This document shows, piece by piece, positions 23,853-24,000 of a DNA stretch of 24,000 bases. A program made the position numbers and the translations under genes. A model generated the notes under the pieces. The model was not told the origin of the DNA and ran no database searches. It saw only the letters and a list, made by a program, of their open reading frames with translations. Numbering within the stretch: position 1 is the stretch's first letter; every line of letters starts with the position of its first letter. Origin of the DNA: Acetobacteraceae bacterium (lineage in GTDB: Bacteria; Pseudomonadota; Alphaproteobacteria; Acetobacterales; Acetobacteraceae); assembly GCA_965198855.1 (NCBI GenBank), contig CBDAPZ010000002.1, positions 414,613-438,612 on the forward strand, given 5' to 3'.

Positions 23853-24000
23853 ATGTTCCGCCCCAAGATGCTTTCCGTCGTGGCATGGCTTGCCCTGCTA
23901 TGCGCCCTGATCCTGCTGGGCTGGTGGCTGCCGAACCGTCTGCAGAACCCTGGTGTGGGCACGCAGGTGGCCAAGTTCAACAGCCTTTCCTATGCGCCGT
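23853..24000 (+). CDS. 5' end of a membrane-anchored protein (possibly glycoside hydrolase-like); continues beyond the window
   Basis: ATG 23853 opens MFRPKMLSVVAWLALLCALILLGWWLPNRLQNPGVGTQVAKFNSLSYAP, with one N-terminal TM helix, open to the window end. The functional assignment is a weak recollection only. Confidence 0.4.
   Translation, partial: MFRPKMLSVVAWLALLCALILLGWWLPNRLQNPGVGTQVAKFNSLSYAP

Noticed and set aside
1-24000. Evidence for a horizontally acquired island, prophage, IS element or defence system.
   Set aside because: There is no integrase, transposase, phage, restriction, Cas or other defence gene signature. Apart from the MNT/HepT remnant and the non-coding repeats, the gene content is housekeeping with uniform high-GC codon usage.

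Overview
This is a high-GC chromosomal segment. Gene content and order suggest an alphaproteobacterium, possibly Rhodospirillales/Acetobacteraceae-like, but that is inference only. Most of it is housekeeping. There is an envelope-biogenesis block (OmpA-like lipoprotein, lptF, lptG, lptD, surA). A minus-strand operon follows (ribA, L,D-transpeptidase, MNT nucleotidyltransferase, decayed HepT remnant). Next come an orphan OmpR-family response regulator, xthA, a MarC-family protein, a YmdB-like phosphoesterase and a secreted PLC/AcpA-family phosphoesterase. A nitrogen-assimilation cluster follows (glnK-amtB, glnII, and a porin with its own sigma54-type promoter). The window ends with an alpha/beta hydrolase, an S9 (DPP-IV-like) peptidase, a CoA-binding protein and the 5' end of a membrane protein. 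I saw no rRNA, tRNA, CRISPR, transposase, integrase or phage genes. The most unusual signal is non-coding: a dispersed family of AT-rich nested-palindrome elements, with 8 arms at 6 intergenic loci. One is a full ~125-140 bp composite copy between convergent genes, and several copies touch or supply the stop codons of flanking genes. Secondary observations: near-consensus -24/-12 promoters for glnII (inside a perfect 11-bp palindrome) and for the porin; matching Pro/Ala-rich N-terminal linkers in AmtB and the porin; a decaying MNT/HepT pair at a synteny break after surA; and a ~115-bp imperfect hairpin element. I cannot show that this window holds a new multi-gene system. The repeat family is the best candidate for something undescribed, and it needs database and genome-wide checks.
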